Assembly: GCF_009914755.1 (NCBI RefSeq)
Contig: NC_060926.1
Direction: 5' to 3' (one strand)
DNA length: 64,000 nucleotides
From: the human T2T-CHM13v2.0 reference genome, Homo sapiens
Made by a program: the position numbers and the translations under genes
Part shown: positions 42,430-54,860 of the stretch, piece after piece
How positions within the stretch are numbered: the first letter of the stretch is position 1
How the letters are laid out: every line of letters begins with the position of its first letter
The notes under the pieces: generated by a model
What the model saw: only the letters and a program-made list of their open reading frames with translations
Database searches by the model: none
What the model was told of the DNA's origin: nothing

Positions 42430-43150
42430 CTAACACCACGCTATTGATTTCTCTGGCCCTTGTTGGTTTAGATTAGTGACCTTCAACCAAACCCAGCGGC
42501 CTTTCCTAATTTCTTATTCCTTTGGTTTTCTGCAGTAATTTGCAGGTGGTCCTCTCCTGCTTCCTCCTAGAAACTTTCTTCCACTTACCATTTTTGAACT
42601 GACTCGATCCTTGTTTTTCTCCTCTTCTGACTTTTTGGCCTCCTATATTCTCTTTATGTCCCTACCATTAAGTGTGAGTATCCTCCAAGACTGTGTGGCT
42701 CCCTGTTGTTTTTCCTGAAACATTTTTGCATTTGAAGATGTTGGCCTCTCCTAGAATGTCACTATTCCTAAACTCAGAGGCTTTTCCCTAACCTCTCCTT
42801 AGAGATCCACCCTGCATTTCTGTTTCTAAACTAACATAATCATTCTTGCCCTCTCGAGAATAGAGTGGCCCTTTCTTCTGACAGACATGACTCAGCACGC
42901 CTCTTTACACTTACTTTTCCCCTCGGCTTTGAACCAAAAATATCCTTCCAGTGGGCTTGAAACCTTCAAGTTGCTGGAATCCTTCCCTGGCTGTCCCCAC
43001 CCCTTTGCTGATTTGATCCTCAAGTCCTGTTAGTTCTTCTTATAGTTACCTCCATTATGGCCCCTTCTCGATTTATTCACTTTAGATGTTTTCTAAAATG
43101 TCTTGCTCTAGTAGATGAAGACTTAGCTTATTTACTTCACCCCCTGTCCA
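42430..43150 (+). mobile_element. Probable L2 fragments
   Basis: C/T-rich degenerate L2-like sequence (cttcctcctagaaactttcttcc...). Confidence 0.4.
42887..42897 (+). promoter_or_regulatory. Perfect NF-E2/NRF2-sMAF (ARE/MARE) motif ATGACTCAGCA
   Basis: Exact motif match only; function not shown. Confidence 0.35.
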
Positions 43151-43174
43151 CCAGCCTTCCTCCCAAAGTCATCA

Positions 43175-44890
43175 TAGGCACACTGGGAAATACTGAGGGT
43201 TCACATCCAGACCATCCCAAGAAAGTGAGTATCCCAGTAAAGCAAGTCACATGAATATTTTGGTTTCCAAGTACATGTAAAAGTTATGTTTACACTATAC
43301 CTTAGTCTATTAAGTGTGTAATAGCATTATGTCTAAAAAACAATGTACATTAATTGTTTAAAAATTAATTTCAATTTTTAAATTAAAATGTAAAAATACC
43401 TTACTGCTCGAAAATGCTAATGATCATCTGAGACTTCAAATCATATGTGATCTTCTGCTTTTTTTTTTTTTGAGACAGAGTCTCACTCTGTTGCCCAGGC
43501 TGGAGTGCATTGGCATGATCTTGGCTCATTGCAACCTCCACCTCCTGGGTTGAAGTGATTCTCGTGCCTCAAGCTCCCAAGTAGCTGGGGTTACAGATGG
43601 CACCACACCTGGCTAATTTTTGTATTTTTAGTAAAGATGGGGTTTTATCATGTTGGCTAGGCTGGTCTTGAACTTGCGACCTCAGGTGATCCACCCGCTT
43701 CGGCCTCGCAAAGTGCTGGGACTACAGACTTGAGCCCAGCCCCATAATCTTTTTGCTGGTAGAGAGTCTTGCCTTGATGTTGGTGTCTGCTGAGTGATCA
43801 AGGTGGTGGGTGCTGAAGGTTGGGGTGACTTTGGCAGTTTTGTAAAATAAGACAACAATGAAGTTTGCCACATCAATTGACTTTTCCTTTCATGAAAGAT
43901 TTCTCTGTGGCATGCAGTGCTGTTTGATAGCATTTTACGCACAATAGAACTGCTTCCAAAATGAAAGTCAGTCCTCTCAAATCCTGCTGCTGCTTTATCA
44001 ACTAAGTTTATGTAATATTAGAAATCCCTGGTTGTCATTTCAACAATGTTCACAGCATCTTCAGTAGGAGCAGATTCCATCTCAAGAAACCATGTTTCTT
44101 TGCTCATCTGTAAGAAGCAGTTCTTCATCCCTTCAAGTCTGATCATGAGATTATAGCAGTCCAGTCACTTCTTCAGGCTCCACTTGTAACTTTCATTCTC
44201 TTGCTGCTATTTCCACCACATCTGCAGTGACTTCCACTGAAGTCTTGAACTTTTGACCTTTGGGTCATCCATGAGAGTTGGAATCATCTTCTTACAAATT
44301 CTTATTAATGTTGATATTTGGACCTCCTCCCATGAATCACAAATGTTCTAATGGCATATAGAATGGCAAATCCTTTCCAGATGTTTTCCAATTTACTTTG
44401 CCCAGATCCATCAGAGGAATCACTATCTATGGCAGCTGGAGCCTTAAGCAATGCATTTCTTAGATAGGAAGACTTGAAAGTCAAAATCACTGCTTTATTT
44501 ATGGGCTACAGAATGGATGTTGTGTTAGCAGGCACCAAAAAAGTTAACTTTTTTATACATCTCATTCAGAGCTCTTGGGTGACCAGGTGGATTGTCAATG
44601 AGCAGTACTATTTTGAAAGGAAATCTTTTTCTTTTTTTTTTTTCCCTGAAAAGTAGGTCTTAACAGTAGGGTTAAAATATTTAGTAAACCATGCTGCAAA
44701 CGCATGTGCTGTCATCCAGGCTATGTTGTTGTAGAGCACAGGCAGAGTAGATTTAGCATAATTCTCAAGAGCCCTAGGATTTTTGGAATGGTAAATGAGC
44801 ATTGGCTTCAACTTAAAGTCATCAGCCACCAACGAAAGTCAGCCTGTCCTTTGAAGCTTTGAAGTCAGGCATTGACTTCTTCTCCCTTGC
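43175..44890 (-). mobile_element. Tigger1 transposon (3' portion) with decayed transposase
   Basis: TIR-like taggcacac... at 43175. Minus-strand ORFs [30 protein letters not shown] and [31 protein letters not shown] match Tigger1 transposase. Confidence 0.92.
43459..43741 (-). mobile_element. AluS nested in Tigger1
   Basis: Poly-T plus Alu body. Confidence 0.93.
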
Positions 44891-47800
44891 TTGAGTTGGG
44901 GAAAACAGTTGTCTTCATATATAGGCTTTCAATTGAGATAACACTGTTCAGCCCTACTTCTCATTTTCACCCTTTACTTTACTTGGCTTAAGTATTCCGA
45001 ACCTTTGTGTGGTCCCCTGTGACAACTGCTTCCTCTGTGTCTGTACTCTTTCAGAGTGACTCCTGACCAGTGTACTTGAACTACCGGGTTGTAACCCATT
45101 AGAGAACTCATGAAGTCATGAAATACATGTAGTGGCTTAAGATTATATGAAAAGAATAGCTTAGAAGAGAACACGTCAGGGTGCCCTGCACATCGTAAGG
45201 GTAAACACTGTCTTGTAAAATTTGTTTTAGTTATACCAAAACACAGACATATATGTAGATATGTATTCGATCTCCATGTAAAATGTACTTTTTACTGTGG
45301 GTTGAGGTGAAAGAAGTTAGAAAAATATTTTTTAAGACCATGGCTTGCTTCACCCTGTTACAACAGTCAGGGTTTCTCGGTGCACTTTGAATCTCTTTAC
45401 AGATTTGTTGAAATGTCTCTTGTGTGTTTATTAATGGATGATATGAAACATATTTATTAAGCTGTGTAGAACAGGTCTGGATCAATCAGAAGGGATGCTG
45501 GAGCAGAGACCCTGAGTTCTCCAGCTTTGTCAAATGTTAACTCTTTATAGGATTGAGGAGATGTCTTAGGGGGCCCAGTGGATGGGACAGGGAGATCCAC
45601 CAGTGGAGGGGCACTTTGGGCATTGGGATAGTAGCTCTTCATCAGTACAGAGTATTTAAATATTTTAAACCACCAGTGTGGCTGTACGATTGCATAACAG
45701 CTAGATATGAACCCTGGATTTATATCTTTTTAATTTCTTACCTGTAACTTTAAGGGTATCTTTGGAGGAAGGGGAAATATATGGGTGCCCCCGCCAACCA
45801 CTTTGAACCAGAATCCCTGCAGTTTGTAATCTAATTTTCTCTTCAAAAGTTTAGTCCCCCACTTTGAAAAATTACGGTTACATTGCTGTGACTAATTTGA
45901 TGTTCACTGGTGATAGTAAAGCTTTTTTTTCTGAGAGGAGGGAAGGGAGGAGGAAATCCCAATTTAAATGGAGAGAGACTTTTTCCTGAAATACTCGGGG
46001 TAACAGAAGGAAAGGAAGAAGTAAAGAGGATATGTATTTGTAAGACTGCAACGTGGTCTGAAGTGGAAATAACTGTGAATAATGAAATTAGAGGAAACAG
46101 TGGACACCAACCACGAAGGAGAAAGTGAGGAAGAGAGTGTAGGATAGTGATTTCATATAATGCTTGTAGGATGAGTAATGGGACAGTTTCCTCTACTTGC
46201 CTCAGCAGGGGTCCTGTCCGTGGCCTTGCTTCTGTCTCTGGGGGGCTGTGGGGCAGAGGGGCATCAGCCTGTGGGGTACCTGTGCACGCACCTCATGGGG
46301 GGAAGCGGGAGAAGGTAAGGGAGTGGGGGCAGCTGTGTGTAGCTCCATATTTGCAATGTGTTTGTAACTTGAGGAATATGTAGACAGTGGTGGCACTTAA
46401 CTACTGATTTCCTTAAGTTAGTGATGGCTGAGGGCTGTTAACTTAAGTTCTAGACCTAGTACAGCTTGGTTTTACCTAGTTTATTACATTTCTGTTACAT
46501 TCAGGGAAAAAGGGCCCGTCCACATGTATGCTTTCAGCTCGTTTCTTGTCCTCCGCTTCCTCAATTCAGAGGGGGGACAAGAGACAACCTCAAGTAGAAG
46601 GCAAACCCCATACTCTTACTTTTCTGGCTGTGGTTGGGGCACGAATTAGGTGCAGTAGCCCAAGGTCTCCTGGAAAACTGGGTTTTCCTTTCCTGAATAG
46701 GAGCTAGCCTGTACATCTCTCAGCGGGTCAGAGTAGCATGGTGACAGGGTGGCAGCATGGCCGGAGGGCAAATTGCTTCCGAGATGCGGAGGATTCCTCT
46801 TTCCAAGAGGCTGATAGAAGAGACTTGTGGTTCTTATCAGTCACTACCAGATGTGTCCAGCTGTTTCACTTGCTGCTCTATCCCAACCAAACACACTTAA
46901 TGTCAAAACAACACTTACATCATCAAAACAAAAGTGTTCACAATGTTAAGCCTCAGGCTTTTAGTAATTTAGTCATTAGTCTGGTGACAAAGGGAGTGCC
47001 CTTGTGTGGTATTGCATCTGGGAAAATCCAGGCCCAAAATAGATTTTCCAGGCTTTCCTGAGACCACAGGGTTTAAAGGGGTAGACCCAGATTACTGACT
47101 AAGAGGGAAGCAGCCTAATTCTAGCCTCTTCTATTCCTTTATCTCTCATGAATGCCTTTTCCCACAGAATAGCTCATTTACCAGCTCCAATGAGAATGAA
47201 TCTGATAGAGTGAGACTATTCAAGTTTCTTTTACTGCTTTTGATATGAGACATTGTACGGTGGTGTTTTGGGTGGCTTGACAATTTGCCTTTTGCACTGA
47301 CTGCCATGGCGTCATTTCTTCCCCTTGTTCAGATAGTCAGTCCCTCCTTAGGATCGGTATTTTGGGTCAGATTACATTAGAGAGCATGTTCCCTTCTAAA
47401 AGCTCAGCTTGCTGCAAAACTGCACTGTCCTAACAATTTCAGTAGCAATTTTGCATATTCTGGAATTAGTTGGTATATCTTCTTTATATTTTTCATTCCT
47501 CTTCCTCAGGGAATAACTGAATCTGGGCAGAGGCTTATTTTAAAATATGAATTAGATGCAGTGGAAGAGAATTGTCACAGAAAACAAGGGTTGGGCCAGG
47601 AGGGTTAGCACATAGTAATCATGTTCAGAAGTTCCCAGAAGTCTTGACTCGTGCTATTAAAAAGATAATGAGAGTATAATTATAAAACATTTAACTCAAA
47701 TAGTACAATTTATATTATTATGAGACACAGCATAAAAAATTGTTTCCCTAAAGCGGCATCGTAATTTATATTTCAAAAGGAAATTAACATTATTATGTTT

Positions 47801-48118
47801 TTAGTTTGCATTTGTTCAGATTTTTACAGCCACTTTTTTCTCAGCTCAGTGTCGCAGAGATTCTGCAGTACAGATTAGGTAACTGAGGCTTAAAGAGATT
47901 AACCAGCTAACCTTTAGCATTAGGCAGCGTTAGAAGGTCCCACTGTATCATACAGCTTTAATTGTTTATGATTGCTTTTGCTTAACTAATACAACATGGG
48001 GATTTCTTGCATAATTCCCTTCCTGTACTTTCTTCGCTATTTCCCCCCTTCCCATTTCCAGTGCTGCACGCTTACTAAATATATACCTGTCTGTGTAAAC
48101 ATCTTTGTCTTTATTCCC

Positions 48119-48262
<144 letters not shown>

Positions 48263-48598
48263 ATTTTCTTAAATATAAATGCCATGTTTTTGTGTGAAGG
48301 CTTATGGCAGTTGTGCTCTGAATCCTCTGATAAAGTTACCTGTGATGACCTATTTATCATCACGCTTCTTAACTAGACAGGCAGGATCTTTTTCGTGAAG
48401 GACGCTTCTGAGCGTAAGCCATCATTTACCTCCTTCTATGTCATGAGTGGTCAGCGAGAGTATTTGAAGGAAAAAAAATGAGCCTTGCTTGGAATTGATG
48501 CTCCTTTCTACATTTAACTCGTTGCTTACCCTTTCCTTATTAGCTGACTTTTAAAAGCCCATTATTTAATTCCTTCTCTTTATTTTGTTTCTTCCCAG

Positions 48599-48768
48599 AG
48601 TGACTCCTCTTTCTTCCCAGAGTGTGGTGATTCACCATGGCCAGACCCAGGAATACGTGCTCAAGCCCAAGTACTTTCCAGCCCAGAAGGGGATTTCAGG
48701 AGAGCAGTCCACTGAAGGTTCTTTCCCTTTAAGATATGTGCAGGATCAAGTTGCGGCACCTTTTCAGC
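48599..48768 (+). CDS. LTBP1: Internal coding exon of latent TGF-beta binding protein 1, long isoform (LTBP1L; exon 4 by recollection)
   Basis: Polypyrimidine tract and ttcccAG acceptor (48597-48598); donor C|GTGAGT at 48769. 170 nt, entered in phase 2 and left in phase 1. The peptide VTPLSSQSVVIHHGQTQEYVLKPKYFPAQKGISGEQSTEGSFPLRYVQDQVAAPFQ matches my recollection of LTBP1L immediately before LSNHTGRIKVVFTPS. Confidence 0.93.
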
Positions 48769-50949
48769 GTGAGTATAGTCTTATCAACCATTTTCCCAAG
48801 TTATGGTATCAGAGATTGGAAACACTTTGTTCAGTGTAGACGGCTTTAATGTGTCACAGTAAATAAAATTCAAGAGTCATTAAAAAATCCACATTGGTTC
48901 CTGAAGCAACCAGACAGCAGAAATTTAGCATGGTTTCCTTATTCTGAGGAAAAGCAGTTTTTCCTGGGTTTTGGAAATGAATCCGAAGTGACCTGCCTGT
49001 CATTCTGTTTCTGCAATATGGCTTCATGTCTAAGACATATTTGCTCTAACTTTGGGTCCAGTCATATGTCTGACATGTTTACATTGATGCAATATTTTCT
49101 TTAGTAAGCTAGCCAGGACTCATGCCTTGTGAAACGTCTGAAATGTCCTGCATAGCTCTCTGAGGTTCTCCTACAGTGGATATTTTTACATTATAAGACT
49201 CACCTAGTTTTTAGTGTATCAAGCAGCTGGCGTGGCAGATTTCTCTGAATTTGTAAAGCGCTATTGTATCAGTGGCCAGCTTGGTTAATATCTCGCTATG
49301 TGGGAAGCTCAAGGACAAGGCCTGGCTCAAAGGGTGGGGAATGTGATGATTTGTGGTTTAGGTATTACAGAGTGTCTGCCGGCAGCATCTGGAGAAAACG
49401 TTCTGGAGTAAGGCGCAGCCCATCCAAAGGCGAGAGCTAGACACACGCTCTCGTTCCAGCAGCTTCCTGCCCTGTCACATGTTGACTGATTGCCTGCACC
49501 ATAGGTAATGAAAGAGAATGCCAGTTGTGAGGTGGGAAAAGGACCATCTTTCACCACTGGGAATAGTATGAAGAGTTGAGATACAGTTTTTACTACTGTT
49601 TGGCACTAGTGAAGTCCACATTTGTTGTGGCTTTGGTTCCCTACACCCACTCCACCTCCCCGTTTCTGTACTGAATCTAAAGTGATTGACTCTTCCCTCA
49701 GAATTGGTCATTTAACAAAAAGAGTATCTAACAGCAGGTTTGTCCATCCACTTTTTGTCTTTTGAGAAAGTCCTGCTCAGTGACCGGTGGCTAGACCCCA
49801 GAACAATAGTTTGGTATGGTTTATTGGGATGTTGAGGAAAGTGAGCCCTGGGGATCTTAGGGAAGAATACAGAAACCATTTAGATCATTAGGAAAAAATC
49901 ACTTCCAAGTCATTTGCAAAAGAATAGATGCATCTATTTGATTCTTAAAAATCCTTTGATATTCGTACTTAAAGAGCCGTTTCTCTTAAGTGAATATTTC
50001 TTGAGTATATGTGTAATATTTTTCTAATACTAATTTTAAAAATTAAGGAAAAGATGTACTTCTTATTTCCTTGGGGTTTTATACAGATGACAATTTTTTT
50101 AAAAGATCTCCCAAATCAGAGTGTGATGGGAAGAGAGTTTTTAAAGTTTATGATTATACTGATAAGAGAAGAGAATTCTGAATTATCTGGAGGTATCAGG
50201 AAAAGATGGTTAGAGAACACTGGTATTAAGACTAGAGACTAGACTGTGGTTTTGATTTGTTTTCTGTGATTTGTTATTGGAATGAAAATTCCCACTGTGT
50301 GTGTATTTCCACCCTCGTGTGTATATATGTATTTTAAACTCTCAAATCTTGGTTGAACTGTGTTCTGAAAGATGAAATTATATCTTAGAAGAATGTGAAG
50401 ATAAGTTTCTTATCTGTTCTGTCCATATCTTTCCCGCTCATCCTGTTTAAATATATTTTCTACATAGTAAGGAGCTAGTAAAAGAATGTAGACTAATATA
50501 CATTATCACAGTGGTGGTGTTCTCTGCTCAAACCCCCTAAAAGATGGCTGTTGTTCAGAAAGAAGCTCAGGAATTAACTGAAAGAGTTACGCATGTAGGA
50601 AAGACAAGAAGGGAGATGTGGCTATTTTTGCTGAGGCCAGAGCTCTACTGAGAGCTGGAGGGCTAGTTGGAAAGTTTTTAAAAGAGATAATTTGGCAGGA
50701 CCATGAAGGATACTGAAATGGCAAAATGGAGTAAGAACCACAAAAGATGATTAAAACTGGAAAGGAGGTACAGGTAGTAGGAGGGACCTAAACATCCTGT
50801 CTCTGCATACTCCTGTTCTGTGGTAGGTAAAAGAGGAGGCTCCAAAGAAGCCTTACATGGAACAGAAAGGAAGGAACAGTTAGTCAGAGAAGTCTGAGGA
50901 AAAGCAGAAGCTTTTATAGCATCTTCATTTTTATATTTACAGAAGAGAT

Positions 50950-51250
50950 CAAATGCAAACATTAATTTTTTATTGTGCTGAAAGATTTGAAGGTCAAACA
51001 GAAGCTGATAGCTCTGATTCTTTAGAAAAATAGAAGATACTAAGATCATTTGAGCATGATGTATCTTGGAGTGAAATTGAAGAAGTGAGGTATGTCATTG
51101 TAGTCCACTGCCATTACTTTTGAGAAGCTATGGGAACTAGAGAAGCGGTTGAAAACTAGAGGTTGGCAATAACAAGTGTTATCTTCTCCCTTTAAAAGTG
51201 ATTAAAAAGGGGGTCTACAGTAATGACCAGTTGGTATGTTTAATATTGAT
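50950..51250 (+). mobile_element. L3/CR1 LINE RT fragment
   Basis: ccactgccattacttttgagaagctatggg..ctagagaag..gttgaaaactagaggttggcaa resembles the CR1 segment PLSIIFEKSWRTGEVPEDWR.ANV. Confidence 0.55.
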
Positions 51251-51724
51251 ATATTACAAGAGCAATAATAATAATGCATACCTTGAGCTCTAAGCACTGT
51301 GCAACTCTTAGCTCATAATAGGAGACAGTAGTCTACAAGCCCAAGGGAATAAGGATTTGCTCTCGACACTTGGTAAGAGAAAAAGAACAATTGTTTTGAA
51401 TAAGCAGGAAAGAGATGAGGATGGAGGTGATGGATTTAGTAGAGTAAAATACATTAATGTGTCAAACGCAGCACTCTCCAGATAAAACATTGTAGATAGA
51501 GAGAAACTAACCAAGTTGCTAGTGAGGTGCTTTCTTTTGGGAGGGATGACTATTTTATGGGATTTTCCCACAGTTTTGATAATACAATTCACCATCCCTG
51601 TCCAATGTGTACACACTACTTTTCCTAATTTGATTCTGTATATTTACCAGTCTTCTTAGTCACTTTCTAGGTAACTTGACATCCTATGTTGGGTGTTCTC
51701 TGGTCATTGGTAAAGGATATCTCT

Positions 51725-52158
<434 letters not shown>

Positions 52159-52255
52159 GGTAAAGGATATCTCTAGTGATAAATTAATAACTTGTGGTGT
52201 TCTGCTTTATTTGTTGGCCTTAAAAGAATTTAATTTGCATCCGTATCATCTAGAG

Positions 52256-52443
52256 TAGGGATTGGCAAACTTTTAGGGAGTACTTTAGACTTTGTTAGCC
52301 AATAGGCAAATCAAGGATCTTAGGTAGATATTTATATAGCTATTTAACATGTATCTATTAAACGTGTAAATATCCTTCTTACCTCTCAGGTTGTAGATCA
52401 GGTGGCTGGATTTGGCTCATGGGCTATAGTTTGCCAATTCTTG
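52256..52443. mobile_element. MER58-type hAT MITE
   Basis: TIRs tagggattggcaaac / gtttgccaattcttg; exact 8-bp TSD atctagag (52248-52255, 52444-52451). Confidence 0.85.
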
Positions 52444-52849
52444 ATCTAGAGACTCACAGTCTCTCAATCCACTGAAAACATCTAGATATCGGACCTGATT
52501 GTTTGGTGCCTGGAACGTGACAAAAGCAGCCCAAGAGGCCCTGCTTCTAGCAGCTGTCCTTCATTCTCAGTGTCCCCACCAACCCACCCTCCAGAGCATG
52601 ACAATTCTCGGATACATTTCCACTTAGTTTGAAGGCACCCAGAAAAGCATGAACTACCAGGAAGCTGCTTGTGTTAGATAAGTCTAGTTTCTTTTAATTT
52701 TAGAATAATGGGCCACACAGCAATTGGGAAAGGAATGGGATGTTACTCCTGGTTGCTTATAGAAAACCTTTTGATATTGGTGGAAATATTTTTATGGGAT
52801 GAAGCAGTCCCAGCCATATCACAACACAGTATCACATTAAGATACTGCA

Positions 52850-53048
52850 TGAGTTTCTCAAAAAAGTTAAATATAGAGTTATCATATAACCCAGCAATTC
52901 CACACCTAGCTATATATCCAAAAGAATTGAAAACATATGTTTGCACAAAAACTTGTACATGAATGTTCATAGCAACATTATTTGTAATAGCCAAGAGAGT
53001 GGGAACAACCCCAAATGTCCATCAACTGATGAAGGGATAAACAAACAG

Positions 53049-53092
<44 letters not shown>

Positions 53093-53540
53093 ATACACAA
53101 ATATATATACACACATATATGTACACACACACACACATATATATACACACACACACAATGTAGGAGTATTACTCAGCCATAAAAAGGAATAAGATTGATA
53201 CATGCTACAACATGGATGAACTGTGAAAACAAGCCAAGTGAAAGATTCCAGACACAAAAGAATCCAGACTACATGCTATATGAGTCCATTTCTATAAGAT
53301 GTCCAGAGTAGGCAAATCCACAGACACGGAAAGAAGATTAGCGGTTGCCAGGGACAGGGGAGAGTGGGAATAGGGAATAGTTATTTATAGGTAAGAGGTT
53401 TCTTTTGGGGTGATGAAAATGTTCTGGAATTAGGTGGTCATGCTGGTTGCACAACCTGAAAACACTAAAAATAAAAAAACTGAATTATACACTTAAGGGT
53501 GAATTCTGTGGCATGTGAATCATATCTCAATTTAAAATAA
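52850..53540 (+). mobile_element. L1MB-type 3' end with internal (CA/TA)n microsatellite (~53049-53156)
   Basis: cagcaattccac...cccaaatgtccatcaactgatgaa...ggtgatgaaaatgttctggaatt...tatctcaat. Confidence 0.88.
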
Positions 53541-54417
53541 CAAATATTTATGAAAAATTATTGCCAAGTAGGTAGTTATGAGACTCAGTTTCAGCTCCAA
53601 GGAATTGAGCTCATAAGCTCTCAGAAGTCTAGGGATGGTGTGGGGTAGGGGTGGGGGTCTGCTTTATACAGTGTTTTCATTGGTGACTTGTAGGAAAGAA
53701 TTCAGCATGTAAACCAAATTCTATTGTGTTTAGTTTAGTAATTTTTTTTAACCCAGAGGAAGAAAATGGAAATGACATAACATTTGGAAGACCATCTTAT
53801 AAAAATGGTCAGTCAAGATTAGAATAGCACATGTTCAGGAGCAAACCCAAGTAACTCAGACAAAAAGAGATTAGTTTGACATAACCTGCTAGAAAAAGTC
53901 CTTGAGGGTATAATAAGTGTCTACATCATACTATGTGCTGACGTAGTAAAAATGATATGGAATGCTTTATAATATTAAAGCCAGCAAATAATATTTTAAG
54001 TACAGTCTATGGTGGAAAGAGGTGTATTTATCATCAGGGTTATAAGACACCAAAGGACTTACTAAGATAGATTGTAGAGCTACTTATAAAGGAGATCTTT
54101 AGGATGAGCAGCAATGGCCATGTAACTGACATGGTTCCCTAGACGACTGGTTTCCAGACTGTGCAAAGAAGAACTAAAAGATTAGCGAAGCTCCAATTTA
54201 AGCATTTGCCTCCTTAGTCCCTTTTTCTACTACATAACTTTAATATTTGGAACGATTTAGAAATCTGAACTTCTCTAAATTGGATTTCTCATTGCTAATT
54301 CCAGTTGTCGTTCTCTCAAGATGGGCTTAGGTTTTAAATAGGTTACTTATATTTCAAAGTCATCTAAAGTTTTAGTTCTTTAAATTCAACAAGGCAGAAA
54401 TTTTACGTTTTAGGCAT

Positions 54418-54860
54418 GGCAGATGTCATGTTTTATACAGTAACTTCTTAAAGGTCTTTAAACAGATATAGCTCTGGCTCTTAAAAAAATGTACCAATTT
54501 ATCTCCTGATGTGCTAACGTGGGGGAGAAAGAGAGAGAGAAATGACTGGCATTTGCAAACACATAATACTGTTAAATTGCAAAAAAAGAAAAGTAAGGAC
54601 AAGCCCACTGTTTACTTAAAGTGTAAACAATTTCAGGAAAGGCAGATGTCATGTTTTATATGGTAACTTCTTAAAAATCTTTAAACAGATATAACTCAGG
54701 CTCTTAAAAAAATTGTCTAGTTGTCATCTGATGTACTAACATGGGGGAGAGAGAGAGAGAAATGACTGGCATTTCCAAACACACAGTACCATTAAATTGC
54801 AAAAAAAAAAAAGGAAAGGAAAAGTGAGGTCAAGCCCACTTTTTACTTAAAGTGTTAAAC
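54418..54860. repeat. Tandem duplication, period 223 bp, two diverged copies
   Basis: Copies start ggcagatgtcatgttttata at 54418 and 54641 and end caagcccact.tttacttaaagtgt.aac. Confidence 0.93.

Noticed and set aside
43682-44832. Domesticated Tigger (TIGD-like) gene
   Set aside because: The transposase is broken into several short frames and the 5' part is missing; an ordinary decayed Tigger1.
48585-48839. 84-aa ORF as a standalone gene
   Set aside because: Starts at a TTG inside the polypyrimidine tract and runs past the GT donor; only 48599-48768 is exon.
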